Assembly: GCA_964016885.1 (NCBI GenBank)
Contig: OZ024763.1
Location: 2,604,001-2,668,000 of the forward strand
Direction of reading: 5' to 3'
Length of the DNA: 64,000 nt
Source: Eledone cirrhosa
Taxonomy: Eukaryota
Shown one piece after another: positions 25,208 to 38,099 of this stretch (positions are counted from its first letter, which is position 1; every line of letters begins with the position of its first letter). Made by a program: the position numbers and the translations under genes. The notes under the pieces were generated by a model, which saw nothing but the letters and a program-made list of their open reading frames with translations, ran no database searches and was not told the DNA's origin.

Positions 25208-25885
25208 ATTTCATCATCATCACCATTTAACATATTGTTATAGTTTGGGAGGGTCATGTTGCCAATAAAAACACAGGCACCTGTTGGTTTTCACTTCAAT
25301 TTATTACAAATTTCCAGTTGGTCAGTTTAATAACCGGATGGTTACTTATTTGTTTATAATCAAAACTGCTTCATCACACATTCTGTGACCTCCTTAGTGA
25401 CTAATTTGTTATTTTGTCTCTCTCCTTTGTTCTCTCCTACACCATATTCTATATATATTACCATTAATCGATGCTGCACCCCAACGGTGTGTCTATTCTA
25501 TAAAAAGAAAACCCAGTTACGCAATATCTCTGAATCCGATCACAAGAACTCTATTGTTTAGAGGAGGGGGTAGAGTTTCTGAAGTGGAAAGTCAATTAAA
25601 GTTCTTTATGACACATAAATACAGAAATATATAAATCTATAAATAGGAAAAAAAAGTCAGGAAACCCACCCCCCCCCCCCCCCCCCCCCATCCTCGGCGG
25701 CTGAGGTCCGAACGTTTCGACAACTAGATCCAAACTCATAAATATATATGTAAATGTATAAATATAAATATATATATATCAAATGTATAATTGTTTTAAA
25801 TAGATAAATAAATAAAAATTTAAAATAAAATGAAAAGAACAAAATTAAAATATATTCTATAAATATCCAAATATATTTGTTGCTT

Positions 25886-26535
25886 CATCATCACACCATC
25901 ACCATCACTATCACCATCACCATCACCATCACCATCACCATCATCATCACCATTATCATCACCATCACCATTATCATCACCACCACATCATCATTATCAT
26001 CACCACACCACCACCACCACCATTATCATCACCATCACTATCATCATCACCATCACCACCATCACCACCATCACTACCATCATCATCACCATCACCATCA
26101 TCACCATCACCATCATCACCGCAGTCACCGCCATCACTGCCATCACCATCATCACCGCCATCATCATCGCCACACCATCACCATTATCATCACCACCACA
26201 CCACCACCACCACCATTATCATCAATATCATCATCATCACCATCAACATCACCATCACCACCATCACTATCATCATCATCACCATCACCAACATCACCAT
26301 CACCACCATCATCATCACCATCACCATCATCACCACCATCACTATCATCACCATCACCACCACCACCATCACCACCACCACCATCACCACCACCACTATC
26401 ATCACCATCACCATCATCACCGCAGTCACCGCCATCACTGCCATCACCATCATCACCGCCATCATCATCACCACCATCACCACCACCACCATTATCATCA
26501 TCATCACCACCACCACCACCATCATCATCATCATA
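25886..26535. repeat. (CAC/CAT)n microsatellite
   Basis: Direct inspection. Confidence 0.95.
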
Positions 26536-26767
26536 ACCATTGTTACACTCAACCAAACAATACCATTGTTTGTATAAACAGTACCAACTGCTGAAGTGTT
26601 TCGTTTAAGCATAAAGCGTGGGAGGTGGAGGTGGACAAGGATGCGGGAGGTGGAGATTTCCAAACTGGTCAGGGAAACAGATTTACAAATAAGATTGGTT
26701 GATAAGTGATCATGTGACATGTGGGAAGGTGGTGGGGAAATTATGACATATGGTAGTTGGCTGAAAA

Positions 26768-27783
26768 GTTCATAGACTGACCAAGATACTCTCATGGAAT
26801 GACCAAATTAGGTTTATTTTTCAACATAGTACCTGGAAAGATTTCACAGCTCTAGCATCACTCCTTCATAGACTGACCAAGATACTCTCATGGAATGACC
26901 AAATTAGGTTTATTTTTCAACATAGTACCTGGAAAGATTTCACAGCTCTAGCATCACTCCTTCATAGACTGACCAAGATACTCTCATGGAATGACCAAAT
27001 TAGGTTTATTTTTCAACATAGTACCTGGAAAGATTTCACAGCTCTAGCATCACTCCTTCATAGACTGACCAAGATACTCTCATGGAATGACCAAATTAGG
27101 TTTATTTTTCAACATAGTCCATGGAAAGATTTCACAGCTCTAGCATCACTCCTTCATAGACTGACCAAGATACTCTCATGGAATGACCAAATGAGGTTTA
27201 TTTTTCAACATAGTCCATGGGAAGATTTCACAGCTCTAGCATCACTCCTTCATAGACTGACCAAGATACTCTCATGGAATGACCAAATGAGGTTTATTTG
27301 TCAACATAGTCCATGGAAAGATTTCACAGCTCTAGCATCACTCCTCCATAGACTGACCAAGATACTCTCATGGAATGACCAAATGAGGTTTATTTTTCAA
27401 CATAGTCCATGGAAAGATTTCACAGCTCTAGCATCACTCCTTCATAGACTGACCAAGATACTCTCATGGAATAACCAAATTAGGTTTATTTTTCAACATA
27501 GTACCTGGAAAGATTTCACAGCTCTAGCATCACTCCTTCATAGACTGACCAAGATACTCTCATGGAATAACCAAATTAGGTTTATTTTTCAACATAGTAC
27601 CTGGAAAGATTTCACAGCTCTAGCATCACTCCTTCATAGACTGACCAAGATACTCTCATGGAATGACCAAATTAGGTTTATTTTTCAACATAGTACCTGG
27701 AAAGATTTCACAGCTCTAGCATCACTCCTTCATAGATTGACCAAGATACTCTCATGGAATGACCAAATGAGGTTAACATAGTC
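26768..27783. repeat. 96-bp minisatellite, ~10.5 copies, containing a mariner-like terminal segment
   Basis: Period 96; preceded by GTTGGCTGAAAAGTTC; the unit contains TTATTTTTCAACATAGTC, whose reverse complement encodes DYVEK*, a mariner transposase C-terminus. Confidence 0.9.
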
Positions 27784-27858
27784 CCTAGAAAGAAACAATG
27801 CAGTTATTAATAAGAGTTGAAATTAATCCATACAAGATTTCACAGTCCTAGCATCACT

Positions 27859-28512
27859 CTTTTCATCCTTACAGGGTCGATAAAATAAAGTACCAGTAAT
27901 GCACTGGCGTTGATTTAATTGACTTCCCCCTCCCCTTCAAATTGCTGGCCTTGTGCTAAAATCAGAAACCATTATTACTAGTATTGTGGGGAGGGGGTTG
28001 ATTTCACAGTAATCAGTAGAGCATCAGTCAATGTTTTGCAGCATAGTTATGGCCCTTTACGTTCTGAGTTCAAATCCTGCTGAGGTTAGCTTTGCCTTTC
28101 ATTCTTACGGGGTCGATAAAACAAAGTACCGGTAATGTAATGAGGTCAATTTAATTACCTTCTCTACCCCCAAAAAATTGATGACCTTGTGTCGAAATAA
28201 GAAACTGTTATTTTGATTTTGATATTTGTTTTGGGTTTTTTTTAGGGGAGGGGGTAATAGTGTGTGGGATAGCACTGGGGTGGGGCTGTAAGGACCACCC
28301 ACCCCTCCTCTTCTTGTGTGATTTGAAATTACACTAGGAAAAACCAAAAAAAAAATGTTCTGAGTTGAAATCCCGCCGAGCTTAACTTTGCCTTTCATCC
28401 TTACAAGGTTGATAAAATAAAGTACCAGTAATACACTAGGCTCAATTTGATCACCATAACCTCTCTCTAAAAAAATTGTTGACCTTCTGTTGAAAAAAGA
28501 AACGATTATATT
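27859..28512 (+). mobile_element. Cluster of three SINE family B copies/fragments (27859-27976, ~28015-28212, 28357-28512)
   Basis: Each carries TTTCATCCTTAC.GGGTCGATAAAATAAAGTACCAG or a close variant. Confidence 0.85.
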
Positions 28513-29427
28513 GATTTTGATTTTTTTTTCTTTTGTGGGTAAGTGTGTGGGATAGCCCTGGGGCTGTGAAGACCCCTCCCGTGTGATTTGAAATTACACT
28601 GGGAAAAAAACAAAACGAGCTAAAACAAAGTAAAAAATAGGGTTTATTATATCACTCCGAAAACATATGTCTTGTTTGGCTTCTTCCTGTTCTCGAAACA
28701 ACAGCCCTAATAAGAGGAACAGAATGCTTTTGTTTATAACGTTGTTATATACAAAACCTCCCACCCCATCCCACCACTGGAGGGCTGTTTGGCACCTATC
28801 CCCACCCCACCCCACCACACCACTGGAGGGCTGGGGGTGGCACCTAACAGCCCCACCCACCCACCTAACCCTTTACTACTCTTGAAGCAGGCGTTATGTT
28901 ATACTACTACACGTTAGACAGAATCTTGATATTGAGATGTTGTTTACTAAAATTATGTAGGTCCCTTTGTTTTTTCTTTTTTTTCTCTTTTTTCTTTTTT
29001 CTTTGTTTTTTCTTTCTTTTTCTTTTTCTTTTTGTCTTTATTTTTTATTTTTATTTTTTCTAAAAAAAAAATTATTTTTTCATTTTCTTAAGTTTTAAAA
29101 TTTTTATTTTTTTCTTATTTTATTCCATTTTCTTAATTTTTTTAAATTCTTATTTTATTTCTATTTTTCTTATTTTTGTTTACATTTCAACCCAAAACAA
29201 CTAACTCTGCTTTATTCTAATTAGCAGCCATCTTCTTCATAAATTTCAACCCTTATTAGTAAATTTGAAGTTCATTGTTTTTCCTAAACGCCACCTATAT
29301 ATTGTCAGATGACTTACTTATTGTATATAGAGCTGGATTTACCATATGTTTACATATTTATATGTATATGTATATCTATAAACTATATTAGAGACAGTTT
29401 ACTTTATAGAGTTATGTATATATATAT

Positions 29428-30177
<750 letters not shown>

Positions 30178-30179
<2 letters not shown>

Positions 30180-30418
30180 GCGCATGGCTTAGTTAGAGTA
30201 TTGGGCTTGCAATCGAAAGGGTGATGTGTTGTTTCCTTGAGCAAGACACTTTATTTCACATTGCTCCAGTTTACTCAGCTGTAGAAATGAGATGATAGGG
30301 ACTGGGGTCCCTATCATTCCCCTGTAAAGTCGACGTGTAGGTGCCACGGAAAAAAAGCACCCACCACTCACTGTAAATGAGGTTGGTGTTAGGAAGGGCA
30401 TCCAGCTGTAGAAATCAA
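30178..30418 (+). mobile_element. SINE family A (right arm; B box deleted, tail truncated)
   Basis: Reverse complement of ~29496-29763 with a deletion at GAAAGG|GTGATG. Confidence 0.9.
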
Positions 30419-30919
30419 GGTCGTTTTGGAAGCCTCAACAATGCAGATGGGTAAATCTCCAGGTAACAGAATCCGGTGGTGAAGAGAGAGATGTAAGAGG
30501 AAATGTAGATTGAGATGTATAGTGTGTAGAGGAACGTAGGAAAGAGCGTAAAAAATAACAACACGAGATAGAGTTACCTTGGGAGAGATTTAATTGTCCC
30601 TATATTTCGGATTTCGCATCCACCAACTGGGGGGTTTTCCGACGGGGAAAGTTATCTGTAAAGCAACAGTCAATATTTTTTGCAGCATAGAGTTATGGCC
30701 CTTTACGTTCTGGGTTCAAATCCTGCTGAATTTCAGTAATGCAGCTGCAATCAGCTGCTCAGAGTGCACACAGTTAATAGCTATATGTATATATACACAC
30801 ACATGCACGTGGATGATGTTCTCACTGCATTGCTTCTACTGTTACCTGTATCTTGTGAGTGGAATTCTATACTTTTATGTATATGTATGCACAAATGTGT
30901 GTGTTTGTGTGTATTTGTG

Positions 30920-31425
30920 ATCATCATCATCATCATCATCGTTTAACGTCCATCTTCCACGCTTGCATGGGTTTGGACGGGAGTTTTCCCACTTGAGGCA
31001 AGATTGGTTGTCTTGCTCGCATAGGACTGTCTGGCAGGTTTTCTACAGTTGGATGCCCTTCCTAACACCAACCACGTTTACAGTGTGGACTGGGAGGTTT
31101 TTACCGTGTTACCTACACGGCCACATTACAGCGTGGACTGTGTGTTTTTTTTGTCGTGACACCTACACGACCTCATTTGTTTCGGACTGGATGTTGTGGT
31201 ACCAACATAACTTTACATTGAAAGGGGTGGTGTGGATGGGGTGGGGGTAGTGGGACGGGGGTGTATTTTTGTTAGAGGTGCCTACTGACTGCAGTAGGTT
31301 TCACTTTGTACTTAGGCAAGGCGGGTCTTCTCTATTACTGTGTAGCGCCAAAGATCTCGGTCCAGTGACATTGTCTTGGAGAGGTGTAAGTGTGTGAGGT
31401 CGGAATTTATCAAGTCGTCCCAGGT
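30920..31425 (-). mobile_element. RTE family 2 3' end (ORF end plus 3'UTR)
   Basis: Reverse-complement match to ~34022-34535, including [19 protein letters not shown]. Confidence 0.88.
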
Positions 31426-31532
31426 TTTTGTGTATATATATATTTATATATATATTTCGTACACACACACATTTCACTTTGCATCCCTAAATATTTACCA
31501 AGACTATCTAAAGTTTTGTCTTGTTTATTCTC

Positions 31533-31669
31533 ATGGCCCTTGCCATTCTGAGTTCAAATCCCGCTGAGGTTAAATTTGCCTTTCATCCTTACGGGGTTGA
31601 TAAAATAAAGTACCAGTAATGCACTGGGGTAATTGCTGGCCTTGTGCCAAAAGTAGAAACAATTATTAT
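31533..31669 (+). mobile_element. SINE family B, 5'-truncated
   Basis: B box, central block and tail. Confidence 0.85.
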
Positions 31670-31744
31670 TCTTTTTTTTTTACTTGGACTACCTTTTATT
31701 TTCTGTATCTATCCTTTGTGATCCTATCTCTTTTTTTTGTACTC

Positions 31745-31775
31745 CTGAAGAAGGACTAAAGCCCGACACGTCAAA
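31745..31775 (+). ncRNA. Degenerate minimal hammerhead motif (family H7)
   Basis: CTGAAGA-A-GGACTAAAGCCC-GACA-CG-TC; family tail AGCGTGAAGCTAATAA. Confidence 0.35.
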
Positions 31776-31859
31776 CTTTCTTTCCTCTTTTCCATATAAA
31801 GCGTGAAGCTAATAAGATTTTGTTTAACCTGTTTTGTTGTTTCCTTGAACTATATATAT

Positions 31860-31900
<41 letters not shown>

Positions 31901-32004
31901 CATATGTGAATGAAAATAACCCTTTGTCATATTTGTTCTGCCTGGGGTATAAAGGCAATCCCTTGTAAGTGTTACTGTCAGGAATACAGCAAACCATTGA
32001 TTTG

Positions 32005-32796
32005 ATTAGAAATATGGTAGTGAAAGGGTTAAATACATTGACAGTATCTTTCATTAGAAATATGGTAATGGAAGGGTTAATGACATAGACAGTATCTTTC
32101 ATTAGAAATATGGTAATGAAAGGGTTAATGACATAGACAGTATCTTTCATTAGAAATATGGTAATGAAAGGGTTAATGACATAGACAGTATCTTTCATTA
32201 GAAATATGGTAGTGAAAGGGTTAAATACATTGACAGTATCTTTCATTAGAAATATGGTAATGGAAGGGTTAATGACATAGACAGTGTCTTTCATTAGAAA
32301 TATGGTAATGAAAGGGTTAATGACATAGACAGTATCTTTCATTAGAAATATGGTAATGAAAGGGTTAATGACATAGACAGTGTAGTCATTAGAAATATGG
32401 AAATGAAAGGGTTAATGACATAGACAGTGTCTTTCATTAGAAATATGGTAATGGAAGGGTTAATGACATAGGCAGTGTCTTTCATTAGAAATATGGTAAT
32501 GGAAAGGTTAATGTCATAGACAGTGTAGTCATTAGAAATATGGTAATGGAAGGGTTAATGACATAGACAGTGTCTTTCATTAGAAATATGGTAATGGAAA
32601 GGTTAATGTCATAGACAGTGTAGTCATTAGAAATATGGTAATGGAAGGTTAATGTCATAGACAGTGTAGTCATTAGAAATATGGCAATGGAAGGTTAATG
32701 ACATAGACAGTGTCTTTCATTAGAAATATGGTAATGAAATATTTAATGACATAGACAGTGTCTTTCATTAGAAATATGGTAATGGAAGGGTTAATG
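32005..32796. repeat. 48-bp minisatellite, ~16.5 copies, containing an AAAGGG|TTAA MITE-like end
   Basis: Unit ATTAGAAATATGGTAATGAAAGGGTTAATGACATAGACAGTATCTTTC. Confidence 0.95.
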
Positions 32797-32884
32797 GCCT
32801 AGAAATGAAGACAGTCTGTTGCACATAAAAAAATATTGATAAACTCCAAAGTAGAAATAAAAGACATACTTCTGTTGCAAACAG

Positions 32885-32988
32885 CGATTAATTCTTTTGA
32901 TATCAATCTATATTTTTAAAAACCTCATATCTTATTTATATTTTATCGGATTTTATATGTGATTTTTTCTTTTTCTTGACAGGTAAGT
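32885..32988 (+). promoter_or_regulatory. Candidate recursive splice site (ratchet point) AG|GTAAGT
   Basis: TTTTTTCTTTTTCTTGACAG|GTAAGT with no other AG dinucleotide in 32885-32980. Confidence 0.5.
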
Positions 32989-33111
32989 CATTTAATGATA
33001 AGTTTTGCTGTTGCTAAACCTAATTTAACAAGGCAGGTAAATATAATTTGTTTTTGTATTTGATAAAACTTGCTGTTACATGTCAAGTTGGTGATCCAAC
33101 AAAAAATAGTG

Positions 33112-33566
<455 letters not shown>

Positions 33567-33567
33567 C

Positions 33568-34536
33568 AGCTTCCGTTACCTGGGCGATAAAATCAGCAGT
33601 GGGGGAGGGTGCTCTGAAAGTACTGTAGCTAGAGTCAGAACTGGTTGGAAAAAGTTCAGAGAGCTTATACCACTATTAGCTGCTAAAGGGTTCTCACTAA
33701 AAATGAAAGGCAGGTTGTACGATGCCTGCATACGAACAGCAATGCTGCATGGCAGTGAGACCTGGGCATTGTGTGCAGAGGATATACGCAGACTAGAGAG
33801 GAACGAAGCTTGCATGCTCCGCTGGATGTGTAACAGTAATATACGTGAACGGCAAAGCATAAACGAACTAAGGAAAAAATTAGAGATAAGAGGGATCAGA
33901 TGTTGTTTACTCGAGAGAAGGCTACGTTGGTATGGATACGTGATGCGCATGAAAGTCGATAGCTGTATAACAAAGTGCAGGGCAATAAAGATAGACGGTA
34001 GTCACGGAATAGGCAGACCTAGAAAAACCTGGGACAAGCTGATAAACTCCGACATCACACACTTACACCTCTCCAAGACAATGTCACTGGACCGAGACCT
34101 TTGGCGGTACTCAGTAACAGAGAAGACCCGCCTTACCTAAATATATAGTAAAACCTACTCCAGCCAGTAGGCATCTCTAACAAAATACACCCCGTCCCAC
34201 CACCACCACCCCCACCCCATCCACACCACCCCGTTCTATGTAAAGTTATGTTGGTGCCGCGCCATCGAGGCCGAAACAAATGAGATCGTGTAGGTGTCAC
34301 GACAAAAAAACACACAGTCCACGCTGTAATGTGGCCGTGTAGGCAACACGGTAAAAACCTCCCAGACCCACACTGTAAATGTGGTTGGTGTTAGGAAGGG
34401 CATCCAACTGTAGAAAACCTGCCAGACAGTCCTATGCGAGCAAGACAATCACTCTTGCCTCAAGTGGGACTACCCCCGTCCAAACCCATGCAAGCGTGGA
34501 ACACGGACGTTAAACGTTGATGATGATGATGATGAT
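33568..34536 (+). mobile_element. RTE-clade LINE (family 2), 5'-truncated: RT thumb/C-terminal ORF (33568-34140) plus ~395-bp 3'UTR
   Basis: Uninterrupted ~190 aa: FRYLGDKI...MLHGSETW...[12 protein letters not shown]...GRPRKTW...DRDLWR; (TGA)n tail. Confidence 0.93.
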
Positions 34537-34592
34537 ATATATATAAGAATAAAGGAACAAGGATTCAGTGTTGCATCATAACATATTTAATA

Positions 34593-34684
34593 ACGTATTA
34601 CATATGTTTCACTATCGGTCAGCTCGAGGAAAGACCTATTATAGATTGAACCTGAATCTGTAAGCAAAAGATCATCAGCTATGT
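34593..34684 (-). ncRNA. Hammerhead motif with long stem II insertion (family H6)
   Basis: Minus strand ACATAG-CTGATGA-TCT...(~55 nt)...AGT-GAAA-CATATG-TA|ATACGT; stem I decayed. Confidence 0.55.
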
Positions 34685-34907
34685 ACCCTATGTGATCTCA
34701 TCTCTGATTCTATGCATGACGTTCTCTGCACAAGCATTGAGTGCTCAACCGGCATACCGTCTACGGACACAATTTTTCTTACAACCATACACCTATATAT
34801 AGTAATAATAATAAATTTGAAGACTATATATATATAGTGTAGGTGATTCAGTGAATTACTGGTATTGGTACCAAAGCAAGCACTCTATCCACTGCCAGAG
34901 TGTATAT

Positions 34908-35035
34908 ATTAGAAAAGAATGAAGAAGTGTCGTTTACATGTATATAATATTTCTGTATTGACCTGTTACATGTGTAACAGGTCAATACACAATAAATATC
35001 ATATACATGTAAACGGTACTTCCTCGTTTTCTAAT
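34908..35035. repeat. Imperfect fold-back palindrome centred at ~34972
   Basis: TGTATTGACCTGTTACA-TG-TGTAACAGGTCAATACA core; arms extend to ATTAGAAAA/TTTTCTAAT. Confidence 0.85.
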
Positions 35036-36637
35036 GCGTGAACGACCCAGCATAAATGTGTTGAGAGAGAAACTGTGTCTGAGAGGGATAGAATGTAGTG
35101 TACGGGAGAGGAGACTGAGGTGGTATGGACATGTGATGTGTTGAGAGAGAAACTGTGTCTGAGAGGGATAGAATGTAGTGTACGGGAGAGGAGACTGAGG
35201 TGGTATGGACATGTGATGCGTTGAGAGAGAAACTGTGTCTGAGAGGGATAGAATGTAGTGTACGGGAGAGGAGACTGAGGTGGTATGGACATGTGATGTG
35301 TTGAGAGAGAAACTGTGTCTGAGAGGGATAGAATGTAGTGTACGGGAGAGGAGACTGAGGTGGTATGGACATGTGATGTGTTGAGAGAGAAACTGTGTCT
35401 GAGAGGGATAGAATGTAGTGTACGGGAGAGGAGACTGAGGTGGTATGGACATGTGATGTGTTGAGAGAGAAACTGTGTCTGAGAGGGATAGAATGTAGTG
35501 TACGGGAGAGGAGACTGAGGTGGTATGGACATGTGATGTGTTGAGAGAGAAACTGTGTCTGAGAGGGATAGAATTTAGTGTACGGGAGAGGAGACTGAGG
35601 TGGTATGGACATGTGATGTGTTGAAAGAGAAACTGTGTCTGAGAGGGATAGAATGTAGTGTACGGGAGAGGAGACTGAGGTGGTATGGACATGTGATGTG
35701 TTGAGAGAGAAACTGTGTCTGAGAGGGATAGAATGTAGTGTACGGGAGAGGAGGCTGAGGTGGTATGGACATGTGATGTGTTGAGAGAGAAACTGTGTCT
35801 GAGAGGGATAGAATGTAGTGTACGGGAGAGGAGGCTGAGGTGGTATGGACATGTGATGTGTTGAGAGAGAAACTGTGTCTGAGAGGGATAGAATGTAGTG
35901 TACGGGAGAGGAGACTGAGGTGGTATGGACATGTGATGTGTTGAGAGAGAAACTGTGTCTGAGAGGGATAGAATGTAGTGTACGGGAGAGGAGACTGAGG
36001 TGGTATGGACATGTGATGTGTTGAGAGAGAAACTGTGTCTGAGAGGGATAGAATGTAGTGTACGGGAGAGGAGGCTGAGGTGGTATGGACATGTGATGTG
36101 TTGAGAGAGAAACTGTGTCTGAGAGGGATAGAATGTAGTGTACGGGAGAGGAGGCTGAGGTGGTATGGACATGTGATGTGTTGAGAGAGAAACTGTGTCT
36201 GAGAGGGATAGAATGTAGTGTACGGGAGAGGAGACTGAGGTGGTATGGACATGTGATGTGTTGAGAGAGAAACTGTGTCTGAGAGGGATAGAATGTAGTG
36301 TACGGGAGAGGAGGCTGAGGTGGTATGGACATGTGACGTGTTGAGAGAGAAACAGTGTCTGAGAGGGATAGAATGTAGTGTACGGGAGAGGAGACTGAGG
36401 TGGTATGGACATGTGATGTGTTGAGAGAGAAACAGTGTCTGAGAGGGATAGAATGTAGTGTACGGGAGAGGAGACTGAGGTGGTATGGACATGTGATGCG
36501 CATGGAGGATGACCGATGGGTGAAGAAGTGCCAGGAAATGCCAGTTGAAGGAAGACGTGGTAGAGGTAGACCACGAAAAACATGGGCGGAGGTGGTGAGA
36601 ACAGACCTCAGATCATTGAAGCTCACGGTGGAGATGC
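35035..36637 (+). mobile_element. RTE family 1 ORF fragment with an 80-bp segment amplified to 18 tandem copies (35058-36497)
   Basis: Unit encodes [26 protein letters not shown]; flanked by RERPSIN upstream and MRMEDDRWVKKC...GRGRPRKTWAEVVRTDL downstream. Confidence 0.93.
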
Positions 36638-36723
36638 GTAGTGTTTGCTGAAATAGATAATTAAGGGAATTCAGCCAGCCTGATCTCCTGTCATCTTACT
36701 ATATAATATATAATATATAATAT

Positions 36724-36756
<33 letters not shown>

Positions 36757-36766
36757 TATATAATAT

Positions 36767-36798
<32 letters not shown>

Positions 36799-36841
36799 CA
36801 CGATATTAAACAAATGGAAACTATATTTATAAAACCATATT

Positions 36842-36907
36842 TATTTCATTATACATATTTCAGGGATACCATATTAGAAATATGGCATGCCTTCTTCAGA
36901 TAAAATA
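36842..36907 (-). ncRNA. Type I hammerhead ribozyme motif (family H1)
   Basis: Minus strand TATTTTAT-CTGAAGA-AGG CATGCCATATT TCT AATATGGTATC CCT-GAAA-TATGTA-TA|ATGAAATA. Confidence 0.82.
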
Positions 36908-37047
36908 CAATATATAAGCAGTTTTATAAATAAATTTGACGTACCATAAATATTGTTCAACTTCCATTTAAAAAAAACTTGTTGAGTGCTTTATATCAGT
37001 TATAAAATATTTACTCGTTGTAACCCAACAATTTTAAATAAAACTTT

Positions 37048-37096
<49 letters not shown>

Positions 37097-37174
37097 TTAT
37101 ATAATATATAATATATAATATGTATATATATATATATATATATAATATATATAATATATATAAATATATATATA

Positions 37175-37206
<32 letters not shown>

Positions 37207-37236
37207 ATATATATAATATATATAAATATATATATA

Positions 37237-37269
<33 letters not shown>

Positions 37270-37281
37270 TTCTACGGAAAT

Positions 37282-37332
<51 letters not shown>

Positions 37333-37436
37333 ATATATATATATGAAGTATTTCCGTAGAAAGGCTAAAGGAAGGGAGAGTGCTCTATGTATGCTACAGA
37401 GCTATTTAATTATGTAATAAACAACACAATTCAATT

Positions 37437-37511
37437 ATTCCATTTACCAAAGGTTTCACGAAGACAGGCAAACTCAACACAGATGTCTGAAATCATTCAT
37501 CAGATTAAAAT
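37437..37511 (-). ncRNA. Type I hammerhead motif (family H4) with inverted half copy at ~37519-37600
   Basis: Minus strand ATTTTAAT-CTGATGA-ATGA...AGACA...TGTCT TCGT-GAAA-CC TTT GG-TA|AATGGAAT. Confidence 0.7.
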
Positions 37512-37598
37512 TTTCCTTCATCTCTGTTGAGCTCTCCTGTCTTTGTGAAACCTTTGGTAAATAGAATAATTGTATTGTATTGTTTATTACATAATTAA

Positions 37599-37636
<38 letters not shown>

Positions 37637-38099
37637 TGAATGGAATGGATTGACTATGTTTACTTTGGGGAGGGGTTCTCTTATGTAAATTTAGGGGTTC
37701 CTCTTATGTAAATTTTGGGGGTTCCAATTTCTGTTTTACTGACATTTTCTGCAGTTGGTTAATGGTCATGTCTGAAAGTTGCTACATGGTCATGTCTGAA
37801 AGTTGCTACATGTTAAAAAAAAAGGAAAGTTTGTGTGAATTTGTAACAGAAGGAAACTTGGGGATAGTCGAGATGAAAACAGAAGGAAAGATAGAAAGAA
37901 AAACAAACCATACAACAACAGATGAAATATTTTTAAAAAATCATATTTTTAGATGTTCAAGTATTATAGACAAGAGGATAGCATCAACTTGACAATGAAG
38001 AGATTTGTAGGGCCTCTGACATCACCGAAAAAATAAATTAAGCTGATGACGTATATATTTCATCATTTAACTTTTAAAAACCTGTACCACATGAGACCA

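Noticed and set aside
27191-27781. 196 aa ORF with 32-aa repeats
   Set aside because: Product of a 96-bp minisatellite whose period is divisible by 3; derived from a mariner end and flank.
34982-36626. 533, 531 and 305 aa minus-strand ORFs
   Set aside because: Antisense readings of the 80-bp tandem array derived from an RTE ORF.
37762-37992. Possible host exon after TTTTCTGCAG
   Set aside because: No recognisable protein similarity, begins with a short tandem duplication, and has no convincing donor site.
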